Assembly: GCA_945875635.1 (NCBI GenBank)
Contig: CAMCLD010000003.1
Location: 62,651 to 126,650 of the forward strand
Length of the DNA stretch: 64,000 nt
Direction: 5' to 3'
Source of the DNA: an uncultured Prevotella sp.
GTDB lineage: Bacteria > Bacteroidota > Bacteroidia > Bacteroidales > Bacteroidaceae
Position 1 is the stretch's first letter, and every line of letters begins with the position of its first letter. A program made the translations under genes and the position numbers. Shown piece after piece: positions 1 to 10,125 of this stretch. A model generated the notes under the pieces. The model ran no database searches. It worked only from the letters and a program-made list of their open reading frames with translations, and was not told the DNA's origin.

Positions 1-255
1 CGTACATTCATTTATGACAAAGAACACCAGAAATACGTTGACGATATTGCCAACAGGCGCAAATCACTTGTATCAACAGGTGACAGAAGTGCAAAAATCA
101 GGACATACAACTTCCCTCAGGGACGTGTAACAGACCATAGAATCGGATATACCACACATGACCTACAAGGCTTTCTCGGTGGCAACATCCAAGACATGAT
201 AGATGCCCTAACTGTTGCAGAGAATGCTGAGAGGATGAAAGAAGCAGAACTTTAA
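1..255 (+). CDS. prfA: Peptide chain release factor 1, C-terminal part (5' end outside window)
   Basis: Frame 1 translates ...STGDRSAKIRTYNFPQGRVTDHRIG...EAEL*, the conserved RF1 C-terminal motif. TAA is at 253-255. Confidence 0.93.
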   Translation, partial: RTFIYDKEHQKYVDDIANRRKSLVSTGDRSAKIRTYNFPQGRVTDHRIGYTTHDLQGFLGGNIQDMIDALTVAENAERMKEAEL

Positions 256-274
256 ATACAGGAGTTTTAACACA

Positions 275-418
275 ATGGGATTTATCTATACAAAAAAGAA
301 GGATGAAGACAAACAACGAGAGAAGACCGTTCCCAGTGAGGAATTCGTCAATCTTATGATTAGAACCAAGAAATCCCCAGACAAGATAAAAGAAATACCC
401 AAGACAGAAAGCAAGTAA
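275..418 (+). CDS. Candidate 47-aa Lys-rich small protein, below the ORF-track cutoff
   Basis: ATG at 275 gives [47 protein letters not shown]. It fills the prfA-pyrF gap and stops 2 nt before the pyrF ATG. Confidence 0.45.
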   Translation: MGFIYTKKKDEDKQREKTVPSEEFVNLMIRTKKSPDKIKEIPKTESK

Positions 419-420
419 CA

Positions 421-1251
421 ATGAACAGACAACAATTAATTGAGCAGATAAGAACAAAGAAAAGTTTTCTCTGCGTTGGTCTTGATACAGACATAAAGAA
501 GATGCCCCCGCACCTTTTAAGCGACAAAGATCCAATATTTACATTCAACAAGAATATTATAGATGCGACAGCACCATACTGTGTTGCCTACAAACCAAAC
601 TTGGCATTCTATGAGGCGTTCGGACTGAAGGGTATAGATGCTTTTGAGAGGACTATTGACTATCTAAAGAAGAACTATCCAAATCATTTCATAATTGCGG
701 ATGCCAAGCGTGGTGACATAGGAAACACTTCTGCCATGTATGCCAAGACCTTCTTTGAAGAATATGATGTTGACGCTCTTACTATAGCACCATACATGGG
801 AGAAGACAGCGTCAAGCCATTTCTGGGATATGACGGGAAATGGGTTGTTCTTCTTGCCCTTACGAGCAACAAAGGTTCTCACGATTTCCAATTGACAGAG
901 GATTCAAACGGAGAGAGACTGTTCGAGAAAGTACTTAGAAAGAGTCAAGTATGGGGAAATGCGGACAATATGATGTATGTCGTCGGTGCGACACAGGGCG
1001 AAATGTTCAAAGATGTAAGGAAACACGTACCCAACCATTTCCTTCTTGTACCAGGTGTAGGTGCACAAGGTGGCAGTCTTCAAGAAGTCTGCAAATATGG
1101 CATGACTAAAGACTGCGGACTTCTTGTCAATTCTTCAAGAGGCATAATTTATGCAAGCAATGGTGAGGACTATGCAGAGGTTGCAGCATCAAAAGCCAAA
1201 GAATTGCAAGCAGAAATGGCAATAGAATTGGAAAAATTGGCTGATGAATGA
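421..1251 (+). CDS. pyrF: Orotidine-5'-phosphate decarboxylase
   Basis: LCVGLD, AYKPN and [10 protein letters not shown] (DxKxxD) motifs; VPGVGAQGG; NSSRGIIYA. Confidence 0.96.
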   Translation: MNRQQLIEQIRTKKSFLCVGLDTDIKKMPPHLLSDKDPIFTFNKNIIDATAPYCVAYKPNLAFYEAFGLKGIDAFERTIDYLKKNYPNHFIIADAKRGDIGNTSAMYAKTFFEEYDVDALTIAPYMGEDSVKPFLGYDGKWVVLLALTSNKGSHDFQLTEDSNGERLFEKVLRKSQVWGNADNMMYVVGATQGEMFKDVRKHVPNHFLLVPGVGAQGGSLQEVCKYGMTKDCGLLVNSSRGIIYASNGEDYAEVAASKAKELQAEMAIELEKLADE

Positions 1252-2476
1252 CAGTAAGATCATAAACGACCCCGTTTTCGGATTTATTAAGATTCCGAGA
1301 GGACTTCTACTGGATATTGTATGCCATCCTTTAATGCAGCGTCTTACAAGAATCAAGCAGCTTGGAATGTCTTCGGTCGTTTATCCTGGTGCGCAGCACA
1401 CACGTTTCCAACACTCTATTGGAGCATTACATCTCATGAGTGAGGCTGTCACATCTCTAATTCAAAAAGGCATATATATATTTGACAGTGAAGAGGAAGC
1501 AATTCAGGCTGCCATTCTCCTGCACGACATTGGTCACGGTCCATTCTCTCATGTGCTTGAACACACACTGATTGACGGGATATCACATGAGGAAATATCA
1601 CTTCTTATGATGGATCGTATAAATAAAGAGCTGGGAGGAAGACTAAACCTCGCCATTAAAATCTTTAAAGACGAGTATCCTAAGAGATTCCTCCACCAGC
1701 TTATAAGCAGCCAGCTGGACATGGATCGCCTTGACTATTTAAGGCGTGATAGTTTTTTCACAGGTGTCAATGAAGGCAATATCGGTTCTGCCCGTATCAT
1801 AAAGATGCTGAATGTTGTGGAAGATAACCTTGTTGTCGAATCGAAAGGTATATATTCCATAGAGAATTATCTAACGTCAAGGCGTCTAATGTATTGGCAA
1901 GTATATCTGCACAAGACTGCCGTGGCATGTGAAAAAGTCCTTATAAACGCTCTTAACAGGGCAAAGTTTCTCAGAATGACTGGGCACGACATCTTTGCAT
2001 CGCCCAGTCTTGACTATTTCCTCTGCAACAATATTGATGCCAGCCATTTCCATACTTCACCAGAGGCACTTGAGCATTATAGCCTATTGGACGATAATGA
2101 TATTTGGTGTGCACTTAAAGTATGGCAGAAGAGCAACGACAAGATACTTGCATTATTGTCAAGTGATGTCATAAACAGACACATTTTCAAGGTGGAAGTT
2201 AGTGACTCTCCTTTTCCTTCTGACTATGTCTGTCAAATTAAAGAGCAATTGGCTTCACATTTCAACATCAGTCCTGATGACACAAAACACCTATACAGCA
2301 TTGATACTGTCCAGAAAGACATGTACGACATAAACGATGACCATATCTCCATTCTTTACAAGGATGGCACATTAAGAGATATTGCAGAAGCCTCTGACAT
2401 ATTGAACATATCTCTGCTGTCACGAAAAGTAAAGAAGCATTATTTCTGTTACCAAAAAATTCCAGACTTAACATAG
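1244..2476 (+). CDS. HD-superfamily phosphohydrolase (dNTP triphosphohydrolase-like)
   Basis: [29 protein letters not shown] and DRLDYL motifs. Overlaps the pyrF stop. Confidence 0.85.
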   Translation: MNDSKIINDPVFGFIKIPRGLLLDIVCHPLMQRLTRIKQLGMSSVVYPGAQHTRFQHSIGALHLMSEAVTSLIQKGIYIFDSEEEAIQAAILLHDIGHGPFSHVLEHTLIDGISHEEISLLMMDRINKELGGRLNLAIKIFKDEYPKRFLHQLISSQLDMDRLDYLRRDSFFTGVNEGNIGSARIIKMLNVVEDNLVVESKGIYSIENYLTSRRLMYWQVYLHKTAVACEKVLINALNRAKFLRMTGHDIFASPSLDYFLCNNIDASHFHTSPEALEHYSLLDDNDIWCALKVWQKSNDKILALLSSDVINRHIFKVEVSDSPFPSDYVCQIKEQLASHFNISPDDTKHLYSIDTVQKDMYDINDDHISILYKDGTLRDIAEASDILNISLLSRKVKKHYFCYQKIPDLT

Positions 2477-2614
2477 GCTCATTGGGTAGAAAAGGGAAAC
2501 GTTGATGATGCATAGAAGAGCCATGTATCCACATCACATCCATCCATAAGCCTAAAATCAATAAAAAAACACATAAATATTTATATCTCTTCCATTAGTT
2601 TGACAAAAAATTAT

Positions 2615-2622
2615 TATATTTG
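2615..2622 (+). promoter_or_regulatory. Bacteroidetes -7 promoter element upstream of lpxD
   Basis: TATATTTG matches TAnnTTTG, 28 nt before the ATG. Confidence 0.65.
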
Positions 2623-2650
2623 CAAATTATAATATAAACCAAATATAACA

Positions 2651-3688
2651 ATGGAGTTTAGCGCAAAACAAATAGCCGAATTCATACATGGCAAAATAGA
2701 GGGTGACGAAAATGCAACCGTCAACACCTTCGCAAAAATTGAAGAAGGGAAAAAAGGAGCTATTTCCTTTCTGTCCAACCCCAAATATACACATTACCTT
2801 TACGACACAGAATCTTCTGTCGTATTAGTTGACGAAGCCTTGGAACTTACAAGGCAAACAAAAGCGACACTGATTAGGGTAAGCAATGCGTATGAGAGTG
2901 TTGCCAAACTACTACAGCTCTACGAATCCATGAAACCAAAAAAGCAAGGAATCGATTCCATGGCATTCGTATCCTCAACCGCAAAAATTGGTGAAGGCTG
3001 TTATGTCGGAGCATTTGCATATATCGGTGACAATGTTGAAATAGGTGACAATTGTCAAATATATCCTCATGCCACAATATATGACAACACTAAGATTGGC
3101 AACAATTGTATTATATATCCAAATGCATCAATATATCATGATTGTAGGATTGGCAACAATGTCACACTGCATTCCGGATGTGTAATTGGTGCTGACGGAT
3201 TCGGTTTCGCTCCTAGTCAGGACGGTTATGACAAAATTCCTCAGATTGGCATTGTAACAATAGAAGACAATGTCGAAATTGGTGCAAATACATGTGTTGA
3301 CAGATCAACAATGGGAAGTACATATATAAGGAATGGAGTAAAACTCGACAACCTGATTCAGATAGCTCATAATGTTGAAGTTGGCAAAAACACAGTGATG
3401 GCTGCTCAGGTTGGTGTTGCTGGAAGCACGAAGGTTGGAGAATGGTGCATGTTTGGCGGTCAGGTAGGTATGGCTGGACACATTACTATAGCCGACCGTA
3501 CTAATGTTGGAGCACAAGCAGGCATTCCCGGAAATGTCATGAAGCCTGATACTACAATACTCGGAACTCCCGCATACGATGCAAAAGGATTCATGAAATC
3601 CTCAGCTATTTTCCGTAAATTACCCGATATGTATGCACAGCTTAACAATCTGCAACAGGAAATAGAGAAATTAAAGAACAACCGATAA
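2651..3688 (+). CDS. lpxD: UDP-3-O-(3-hydroxyacyl)glucosamine N-acyltransferase
   Basis: Hexapeptide repeats, [26 protein letters not shown]. Confidence 0.96.
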   Translation: MEFSAKQIAEFIHGKIEGDENATVNTFAKIEEGKKGAISFLSNPKYTHYLYDTESSVVLVDEALELTRQTKATLIRVSNAYESVAKLLQLYESMKPKKQGIDSMAFVSSTAKIGEGCYVGAFAYIGDNVEIGDNCQIYPHATIYDNTKIGNNCIIYPNASIYHDCRIGNNVTLHSGCVIGADGFGFAPSQDGYDKIPQIGIVTIEDNVEIGANTCVDRSTMGSTYIRNGVKLDNLIQIAHNVEVGKNTVMAAQVGVAGSTKVGEWCMFGGQVGMAGHITIADRTNVGAQAGIPGNVMKPDTTILGTPAYDAKGFMKSSAIFRKLPDMYAQLNNLQQEIEKLKNNR

Positions 3689-3798
3689 ACAATGTTGCCA
3701 ATCCAATGGTAACAGAATAAAATGGATATACGACCATATTAATTAATTCAATGGGATAATGGAGAACGTGCCAAGCCCATGACATAAAACGAAATTAA

Positions 3799-5190
3799 AT
3801 GGAAACATCAAAGCAAAAGACTCTCAAAGGGAGTTTCTCCCTCTGTGGCAAAGGACTTCATACAGGCTTAAGTCTTACTGTAACATTCAATCCTGCAGCA
3901 GAGAACACGGGATATAAAATTCAAAGAATTGATTTGGAAGGAGAACCTATTATCGATGCTGTTGCGGAAAAAGTGATAGACACTCAACGGGGAACCGTAC
4001 TCGCAAGCGGAGATATAAGGATATCTACCGTAGAACATGGTCTCGCAGCTCTATTTGCCATGGGAATTGACAATTGTCTTATACAGGTTAATGGTCCGGA
4101 ATTTCCTATCCTTGATGGTTCCGCTGCCATGTATGTGGATAAAATCAACAATGTTGGCATTGTAGAACAGAACGCTCCTAAAGATTACTATATCATCAGA
4201 AAGAAAATAGAAGTCAAGGACGAACAGACAGGTTCATGTATCACGATATTGCCTGATAGCCAGTTCAGTATTACGGCAATGTGCTCTTTTGAGTCAAAGT
4301 TTATAAACAGTCAGTTTGCCACTCTTGATGACATGTCACATTTCCCACAAGAAATCGCACCTGCGAGAACTTTTGTTTTTGTAAGGGATATAGAACCTCT
4401 GCTCCAGGCAAACCTTATCAAGGGAGGAGACCTTGACAACGCCATTGTAATATATGAACGCCAGACGACACAGGACCGTCTTGACAAATTGGCAGACATG
4501 TTGCATGTGCCACACATGAACGCAAACGACTTGGGATATATCCAACACAAGCCTTTGGTATGGGACAACGAATGCACACGACATAAACTCCTTGACATTA
4601 TCGGTGACATGGCGCTTATAGGCAAACCTATAAAAGGGCGAATAGTAGCTACAAGACCTGGTCATACCATAAACAACAAGTTTGCAAGGTTGATGAGAAA
4701 GGAAATTCGCAAACACGAGATACAAGCTCCCATCTATGACCCTAATGAAGAGCCTATAATGGATAACAACAGAATAAGAGAATTGCTTCCACATCGTTAT
4801 CCTATGCAACTTGTTGACAAAATTACAGCTATTGGACCTACAAGCATAGTGGGTATTAAAAATGTTACAGCCAACGAGCCATTCTTTCAAGGACATTTCC
4901 CACAGGAACCAGTAATGCCTGGAGTACTTCAGGTTGAGGCGATGGCACAATGTGGTGGACTTCTTGTCCTCAATCAGGTTGAAGAACCGGAAAAATGGTC
5001 AACATATTTCCTGAATATAGACAATGTAAAATTCCGTCAGAAAGTAGTACCAGGAGACACTTTGCTTTTCAAAGTTGAACTGCTCCATCCCGTGCGTCAT
5101 GGAATCAGTTCCATGAAGGGTTACATGTTCGTTGGAGACAGAGTCGTATCAGAGGCTACATTCACAGCCCAGATTGTGAAAAACAAGTAA
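3799..5190 (+). CDS. lpxC: Bifunctional LpxC deacetylase / FabZ dehydratase
   Basis: N-terminal GKGLHTG, STVEH and RHKLLD (LpxC); C-terminal LPHRYP, FFQGHFP and MPGVLQVEAMAQ (FabZ). Confidence 0.95.
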   Translation: METSKQKTLKGSFSLCGKGLHTGLSLTVTFNPAAENTGYKIQRIDLEGEPIIDAVAEKVIDTQRGTVLASGDIRISTVEHGLAALFAMGIDNCLIQVNGPEFPILDGSAAMYVDKINNVGIVEQNAPKDYYIIRKKIEVKDEQTGSCITILPDSQFSITAMCSFESKFINSQFATLDDMSHFPQEIAPARTFVFVRDIEPLLQANLIKGGDLDNAIVIYERQTTQDRLDKLADMLHVPHMNANDLGYIQHKPLVWDNECTRHKLLDIIGDMALIGKPIKGRIVATRPGHTINNKFARLMRKEIRKHEIQAPIYDPNEEPIMDNNRIRELLPHRYPMQLVDKITAIGPTSIVGIKNVTANEPFFQGHFPQEPVMPGVLQVEAMAQCGGLLVLNQVEEPEKWSTYFLNIDNVKFRQKVVPGDTLLFKVELLHPVRHGISSMKGYMFVGDRVVSEATFTAQIVKNK

Positions 5191-5204
5191 TAATCATATA
5201 TATT

Positions 5205-5975
5205 ATGAATCAGATTAGTCCTTTAGCTTATATTAATCCAGAAGCGAAACTTGGAGACAACAATGTGATTGGACCATTTTGCTTCATTGACAAGGATACT
5301 GTAATAGGTGACAACAATATCCTTCAGAATAGTGTTACTATCAACAGCGGAGCCCGCATTGGCAACAACAATGAGTTTTTCCCAGGTGCAAGCATTTCAA
5401 CAAAGCCACAGGACCTTAAATACAAAGGAGAACTTACGACTTGCCAGATTGGAGACAACAATTCCATCCGTGAGAACGTGACCATTTCAAAAGGCACTGC
5501 TTCCAAGGGCACAACCATTGTTGGAAGTAACAATCTGCTGATGGAAAACATGCATATTGCGCATGACTGTGTTATTGGAAGTTCATGCATTATTGGAAAT
5601 TCCACAAAATTCGGAGGCGAAGTGATCGTTGATGATTTTGCCATTATTAGTGCTACTGTATTATGCCATCAGTTCTGTCACATAGGCGGATACGTTATGA
5701 TTCAGGGCGGATGCCGATTCAGTCAGGACATTCCTCCTTATGTCATTGTAGGAAAAGAGCCTTCACATTATTGCGGCATAAACTTAGTTGGTTTAAGACG
5801 TAGAGGGTATAGCAAGGAAACAATAGACAATATCCACAATGCATATCGCCTTCTTTATTCTAAAGGACTCATGAAAGAAGGTATTGATGAGATACGTAAG
5901 AATCTGCCACAATGCAAAGAGATTGATTATATCATTGATTTCGTTGAGAATTCCCAACGTGGCATCATACGATAA
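5205..5975 (+). CDS. lpxA: UDP-N-acetylglucosamine acyltransferase
   Basis: Hexapeptide repeats, PQDLKYKGE, HIAHDC, HQFC, GINLVGLRRRG. Confidence 0.95.
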   Translation: MNQISPLAYINPEAKLGDNNVIGPFCFIDKDTVIGDNNILQNSVTINSGARIGNNNEFFPGASISTKPQDLKYKGELTTCQIGDNNSIRENVTISKGTASKGTTIVGSNNLLMENMHIAHDCVIGSSCIIGNSTKFGGEVIVDDFAIISATVLCHQFCHIGGYVMIQGGCRFSQDIPPYVIVGKEPSHYCGINLVGLRRRGYSKETIDNIHNAYRLLYSKGLMKEGIDEIRKNLPQCKEIDYIIDFVENSQRGIIR

Positions 5976-6889
5976 TGAAGAAATATCTCATAGTTCTGAC
6001 AGGACCGACAGGAGTCGGCAAGACGGAGGTTTGCCTCCACCTTGCCGACTTTTTCAAGATACCCGTCATTAATGCTGACTCAAGACAGATATTTAAAGAA
6101 ATCCCAATTGGAACAGCGGCCCCTACTCCACTACAACAAAGCAAAGCCAAACATTATTTCGTTGGTACGCACTCCATAGACGACTACTACAGTGCTTCTG
6201 TTTACGAGGAAGAGGCGATGAGGATTATCGGAGAGATACATAAAACATCTGATATAGCTCTTCTAAGTGGTGGTTCCATGATGTATATAGATGCCGTTTG
6301 CAATGGCATTGACTATTTACCAACTATTGACGATGCCACACGCAACAAGATGAAAATTCGTCTAGAAGAGGAGGGACTTGACAGCTTAGTAAACGAGTTG
6401 AGCATTCTGGATCCAGAATACTGGGAAATTGTTGACAGGAAAAACCCACGCCGTGTTGTGCATGCTTTAGAGATATGCCACGTTTCAGGAAAAACATATA
6501 CATCATTCAGGAAAAACAAGAAAAAGCCACGCCCTTTCTCTATTATTAAAATAGGGCTTGAGATTCCAAGGGAAACTCTATACGAAAAGATTAACAAACG
6601 AGTCTTCCAAATGTTTGAGCAAGGGTTAATAAATGAAGCTCTTGCTGTTTATCCAAAGAGACATCTCAATTCACTCAATACTGTTGGTTTCAAAGAAACA
6701 TTTGAATATCTTGACGGACTGTCCACTCTTGAGGATACCATTACAAGGATTCAGAACAATACCCGCAAATATGCCCGCAAACAGATTACATGGTACAAGA
6801 AGGACAATGATATGCGGTGGTTTAGTCCTCACAATATTGAAGAAATCTTAAAATACATAAGCAAACAATCTTTATTAGACGTGAAATAA
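5975..6889 (+). CDS. miaA: tRNA dimethylallyltransferase
   Basis: GPTGVGKT, DSRQIF, IGTA, NPRRVVHALE, TRKYARKQITW. Confidence 0.95.
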   Translation: MKKYLIVLTGPTGVGKTEVCLHLADFFKIPVINADSRQIFKEIPIGTAAPTPLQQSKAKHYFVGTHSIDDYYSASVYEEEAMRIIGEIHKTSDIALLSGGSMMYIDAVCNGIDYLPTIDDATRNKMKIRLEEEGLDSLVNELSILDPEYWEIVDRKNPRRVVHALEICHVSGKTYTSFRKNKKKPRPFSIIKIGLEIPRETLYEKINKRVFQMFEQGLINEALAVYPKRHLNSLNTVGFKETFEYLDGLSTLEDTITRIQNNTRKYARKQITWYKKDNDMRWFSPHNIEEILKYISKQSLLDVK

Positions 6890-6890
6890 G

Positions 6891-6898
6891 TACCTTTG
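6891..6898 (+). promoter_or_regulatory. -7 promoter element upstream of the class A PBP gene
   Basis: TACCTTTG directly after the miaA stop. Confidence 0.6.
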
Positions 6899-6969
6899 CA
6901 CATACATAACATCCATGCCACATACATTATTAAGGGTAATAGCATTTAAAGTTTTAAAGGAAAGTATTC

Positions 6970-9495
6970 ATGAGTATCATAACATCAATAATGAATAGCA
7001 CATATTCATTATTTAGAAAAGTCAAGAGTCTTACCATCTGGTATTTGAATTTATATAAAGACAAGAAATGGTACACCAGAACCATCATAGGAATAACATC
7101 CTTTTTAGTTGCAATATTTCTATTCCTTGGAATGGTTGACATTAACTTCCTATGGCTATTTGGAAAATCACCGGGATTCTTGGACATTGCCACGCCACCT
7201 ACTTATGCAGCATCAGAGGTATATAGCTCAGACGGAGTATTGATAGGAAGATATTTCAAGGAGAACAGGACACCGGTAAAATATGAGGATGTCAATCCTG
7301 ACTTTTGGAAAGCACTCATAGATACAGAAGATGAGCGTTTCTATAGCCACTACGGCATAGACCCCATGGGTATCATTGGAGCCATGAAGGATGCCGTCAC
7401 TCACAATGATGCACGCGGAGCCTCAACAATAACCCAACAGTTGGCAAAGAATCTATTCCGTGTTCGTACAGAATACTCAACCGGATTACTTGGAAAGATT
7501 CCCGGCATCAGGATTCTTATCATGAAGAGCAAGGAATGGATAATTGCCACAAAACTTGAGCTGCTGTTTGACAAGAACGAAATACTGACAATGTATGCCA
7601 ACACCGTTGATTTCGGCAACAATTCATTTGGCATAAAAACAGCTGCCAAGTCATATTTCAATACAAGTCCTGCAGAACTGACTACAGAACAGATTGCTGT
7701 GTTAGTAGGAATGCTCAAGGCAACTACGACATACAATCCTATTCTGCATCCCGACAAATCTGAGAAACGTCGCAATGTCGTCCTCAGCAATATGGTTAGT
7801 CATGGTGACCTCTCAAAAGATGAATACGAAACCATCGCTGGTCAACCTATAAAGCTAAACATTCATAACGAGGATTCCTATGAAGGTCAAGCTCAGTATT
7901 TCCGTGAGGCTGTGGCAAAATATCTAAAACCATGGCTTGAAGAGAACAACTATGATCTCTACAGCAGTGGACTTAAGATTTATACCACAATAGACACAAG
8001 GATGCAGCATTATGCCGAACAGGCAGCATTAAAACAAATGCGGCAGATACAGAGAAATTTCAATAACCACTGGGGAAGCCAAGAGCCTTGGCGTGATGAA
8101 AATGGTAATCTTGTACCGGGATTCATCGAGAAGATTGCTAAATCATTGCCTCTCTACAAATCACTACAGGCAAAATATCCAAACAATCCCGACAGTGTTG
8201 ACTACTGGCTCAACAAGCCGCATAAGGTAAAGCTATTCGATTATGGCAAAGGAAGCATAGAAAGAGAGATGTCAACAATGGACTCCATACGGTATATGGT
8301 TAAGTTCATGCATTGTTCCATGGTGGCTATGGAACCGAATAGCGGTGAGATAAAAGCATGGGTTGGCGACATTGACTTTGACACTTGGAAATACGACAAG
8401 GTAAGAGCGCAAAGACAACCTGGTTCAACATTCAAACTATTTGTCTATACAGAAGCTATCAATCAGGGACTGACACCATGCGATAAACGCAGAGACGAAT
8501 ACATCTCCATGCAGGTTAAAGACAAGAAGACTGGGGAAATATCTACATGGGCACCAACTAATGCCAATGGAAGATTCTCTGGTGACAGCATATCCCTGAA
8601 AAGTGCATTCGCTAAGAGTATCAATTCCATAGCTGTTCGGCTGGGACAGGAGATGGTAATAGAGAACATTGCCAAGACAGCTAAAGACATGGGTATTCAA
8701 AGTCCTCTTGATGATGCACCATCACTTGCCCTAGGGTCAAGTGACGTTAATCTTCTGGAATTAGTGAACGCTTATTGTACCGTGGCAAATGATGGTAAGC
8801 ATAGAGAACCTGTCCTTGTTACGAGAATTGAGGATGCGAAAGGAAATGTCATTTTCCGTGGACCAGATTCAGACCATAAGGTTTTGTCAGACCGGACTGC
8901 ATTCCTTGTTCAAGAACTGCTGAAAGGTGGACTCAATGAACCTGGAGGAACATCTCAAGGTCTTAGAGCTTATATTACGCCTGATACCGATTGGGGTGGT
9001 AAGACGGGAACGAGCAATAACCATTCTGATGCTTGGTTTATTGGGGTGAGTCCTAAACTTGTCGTAGGAGCATGGGTAGGAGGCGAATACAGATGTATCC
9101 ACTTCAGGACAGGCTCGCTGGGACAAGGCTCTCGCACAGCCCTCCCTCTATGCGGTCTGTTCATTAAGTCTGTTTTCCATGACAGCCGTTTCAACAGCTA
9201 CCATGCTAAATGGTCACTATCTGAAAACAGCGACATTGAGCCATCTATGTACAATTGTGTAGGATACTATTCAAAACCTGTTGAGAACGACACCATACAT
9301 ATAATATATCGCGAGGAGGGAGAAGAAGACAAAGAGGACAATAGCGAGCTTGATGAAAACATAACATCTGAAAAGCCTGATGCAGACAATGCTCCAAATA
9401 ACAAATCAAGTGAGACATCTCCTGCCGCATCATCTAAGGAGAAAAAGACAAACGAGTCACAGCGCACAGCCAAACACGACTCTGAGGTAATGTAA
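6970..9495 (+). CDS. Class A penicillin-binding protein (transglycosylase/transpeptidase)
   Basis: One N-terminal TM helix. Transglycosylase motifs EDERF and GASTITQQLAKN; transpeptidase motifs STFK, SIN and KTG. Acidic low-complexity tail. Confidence 0.93.
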   Translation: MSIITSIMNSTYSLFRKVKSLTIWYLNLYKDKKWYTRTIIGITSFLVAIFLFLGMVDINFLWLFGKSPGFLDIATPPTYAASEVYSSDGVLIGRYFKENRTPVKYEDVNPDFWKALIDTEDERFYSHYGIDPMGIIGAMKDAVTHNDARGASTITQQLAKNLFRVRTEYSTGLLGKIPGIRILIMKSKEWIIATKLELLFDKNEILTMYANTVDFGNNSFGIKTAAKSYFNTSPAELTTEQIAVLVGMLKATTTYNPILHPDKSEKRRNVVLSNMVSHGDLSKDEYETIAGQPIKLNIHNEDSYEGQAQYFREAVAKYLKPWLEENNYDLYSSGLKIYTTIDTRMQHYAEQAALKQMRQIQRNFNNHWGSQEPWRDENGNLVPGFIEKIAKSLPLYKSLQAKYPNNPDSVDYWLNKPHKVKLFDYGKGSIEREMSTMDSIRYMVKFMHCSMVAMEPNSGEIKAWVGDIDFDTWKYDKVRAQRQPGSTFKLFVYTEAINQGLTPCDKRRDEYISMQVKDKKTGEISTWAPTNANGRFSGDSISLKSAFAKSINSIAVRLGQEMVIENIAKTAKDMGIQSPLDDAPSLALGSSDVNLLELVNAYCTVANDGKHREPVLVTRIEDAKGNVIFRGPDSDHKVLSDRTAFLVQELLKGGLNEPGGTSQGLRAYITPDTDWGGKTGTSNNHSDAWFIGVSPKLVVGAWVGGEYRCIHFRTGSLGQGSRTALPLCGLFIKSVFHDSRFNSYHAKWSLSENSDIEPSMYNCVGYYSKPVENDTIHIIYREEGEEDKEDNSELDENITSEKPDADNAPNNKSSETSPAASSKEKKTNESQRTAKHDSEVM

Positions 9496-9566
9496 GTAGG
9501 TACATGGCATTTCACAGGAAGGCAATATATATCCATTAACACCATATATAATAAGGAATTGCAATA

Positions 9567-10037
9567 ATGAAAGTGGAACTTATCGTTGTCGGGAAAACAA
9601 CAGACAAGTTATTATCTAAAGCAATAGAGGATTATACAGGAAGGATAAGCCATTACATGCATTTTTCCATTACTGTAATACCAGAGTTAAAGAACACTAA
9701 GAGCCTTACGGAGGAACAGCAGAAGGAAAAAGAGGGACAGTTGATTCTGAAAGCAATACAACCGTCTGACACTCTTGTCTTACTTGATGAGCATGGGAAG
9801 GAATTCAGAAGTATAGAACTTGCATCATGGCTTGAGAAGAAAAAGAGCACATCAAGGAAGCTTGTCCTCCTCATAGGAGGACCATACGGTTTTTCTCCTG
9901 AGGTTTATGCGCGAGGGAACGAAAAATTGTCACTGTCAAAACTCACGTTCTCCCACCAGATGATAAGGCTCATAATAACAGAACAACTATACAGAGCCTG
10001 CACTATCATTAAGGGTGAGCCTTACCATCATGAATAG
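9567..10037 (+). CDS. rlmH: 23S rRNA pseudouridine-1915 N3-methyltransferase
   Basis: SPOUT motifs LLDEHGK, IGGPYG, LSLSKLTFSHQMIR, GEPYHH. Confidence 0.95.
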   Translation: MKVELIVVGKTTDKLLSKAIEDYTGRISHYMHFSITVIPELKNTKSLTEEQQKEKEGQLILKAIQPSDTLVLLDEHGKEFRSIELASWLEKKKSTSRKLVLLIGGPYGFSPEVYARGNEKLSLSKLTFSHQMIRLIITEQLYRACTIIKGEPYHHE

Positions 10038-10125
10038 GCATTATCTGAATTGGCTAATCATACCGCCAAATGATGTTTTCTTAGACGCTTTTATATGCCA
10101 AATGATGTTTATTCAGACTGTCGTT

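Noticed and set aside
2505-2549. 14-aa His-rich ORF MMHRRAMYPHHIHP
   Set aside because: No downstream attenuator, no histidine genes nearby, and it lies upstream of the lpxD promoter; probably chance.
3799-5190. LpxC-FabZ fusion as a novelty
   Set aside because: Well known and typical of Bacteroidetes.
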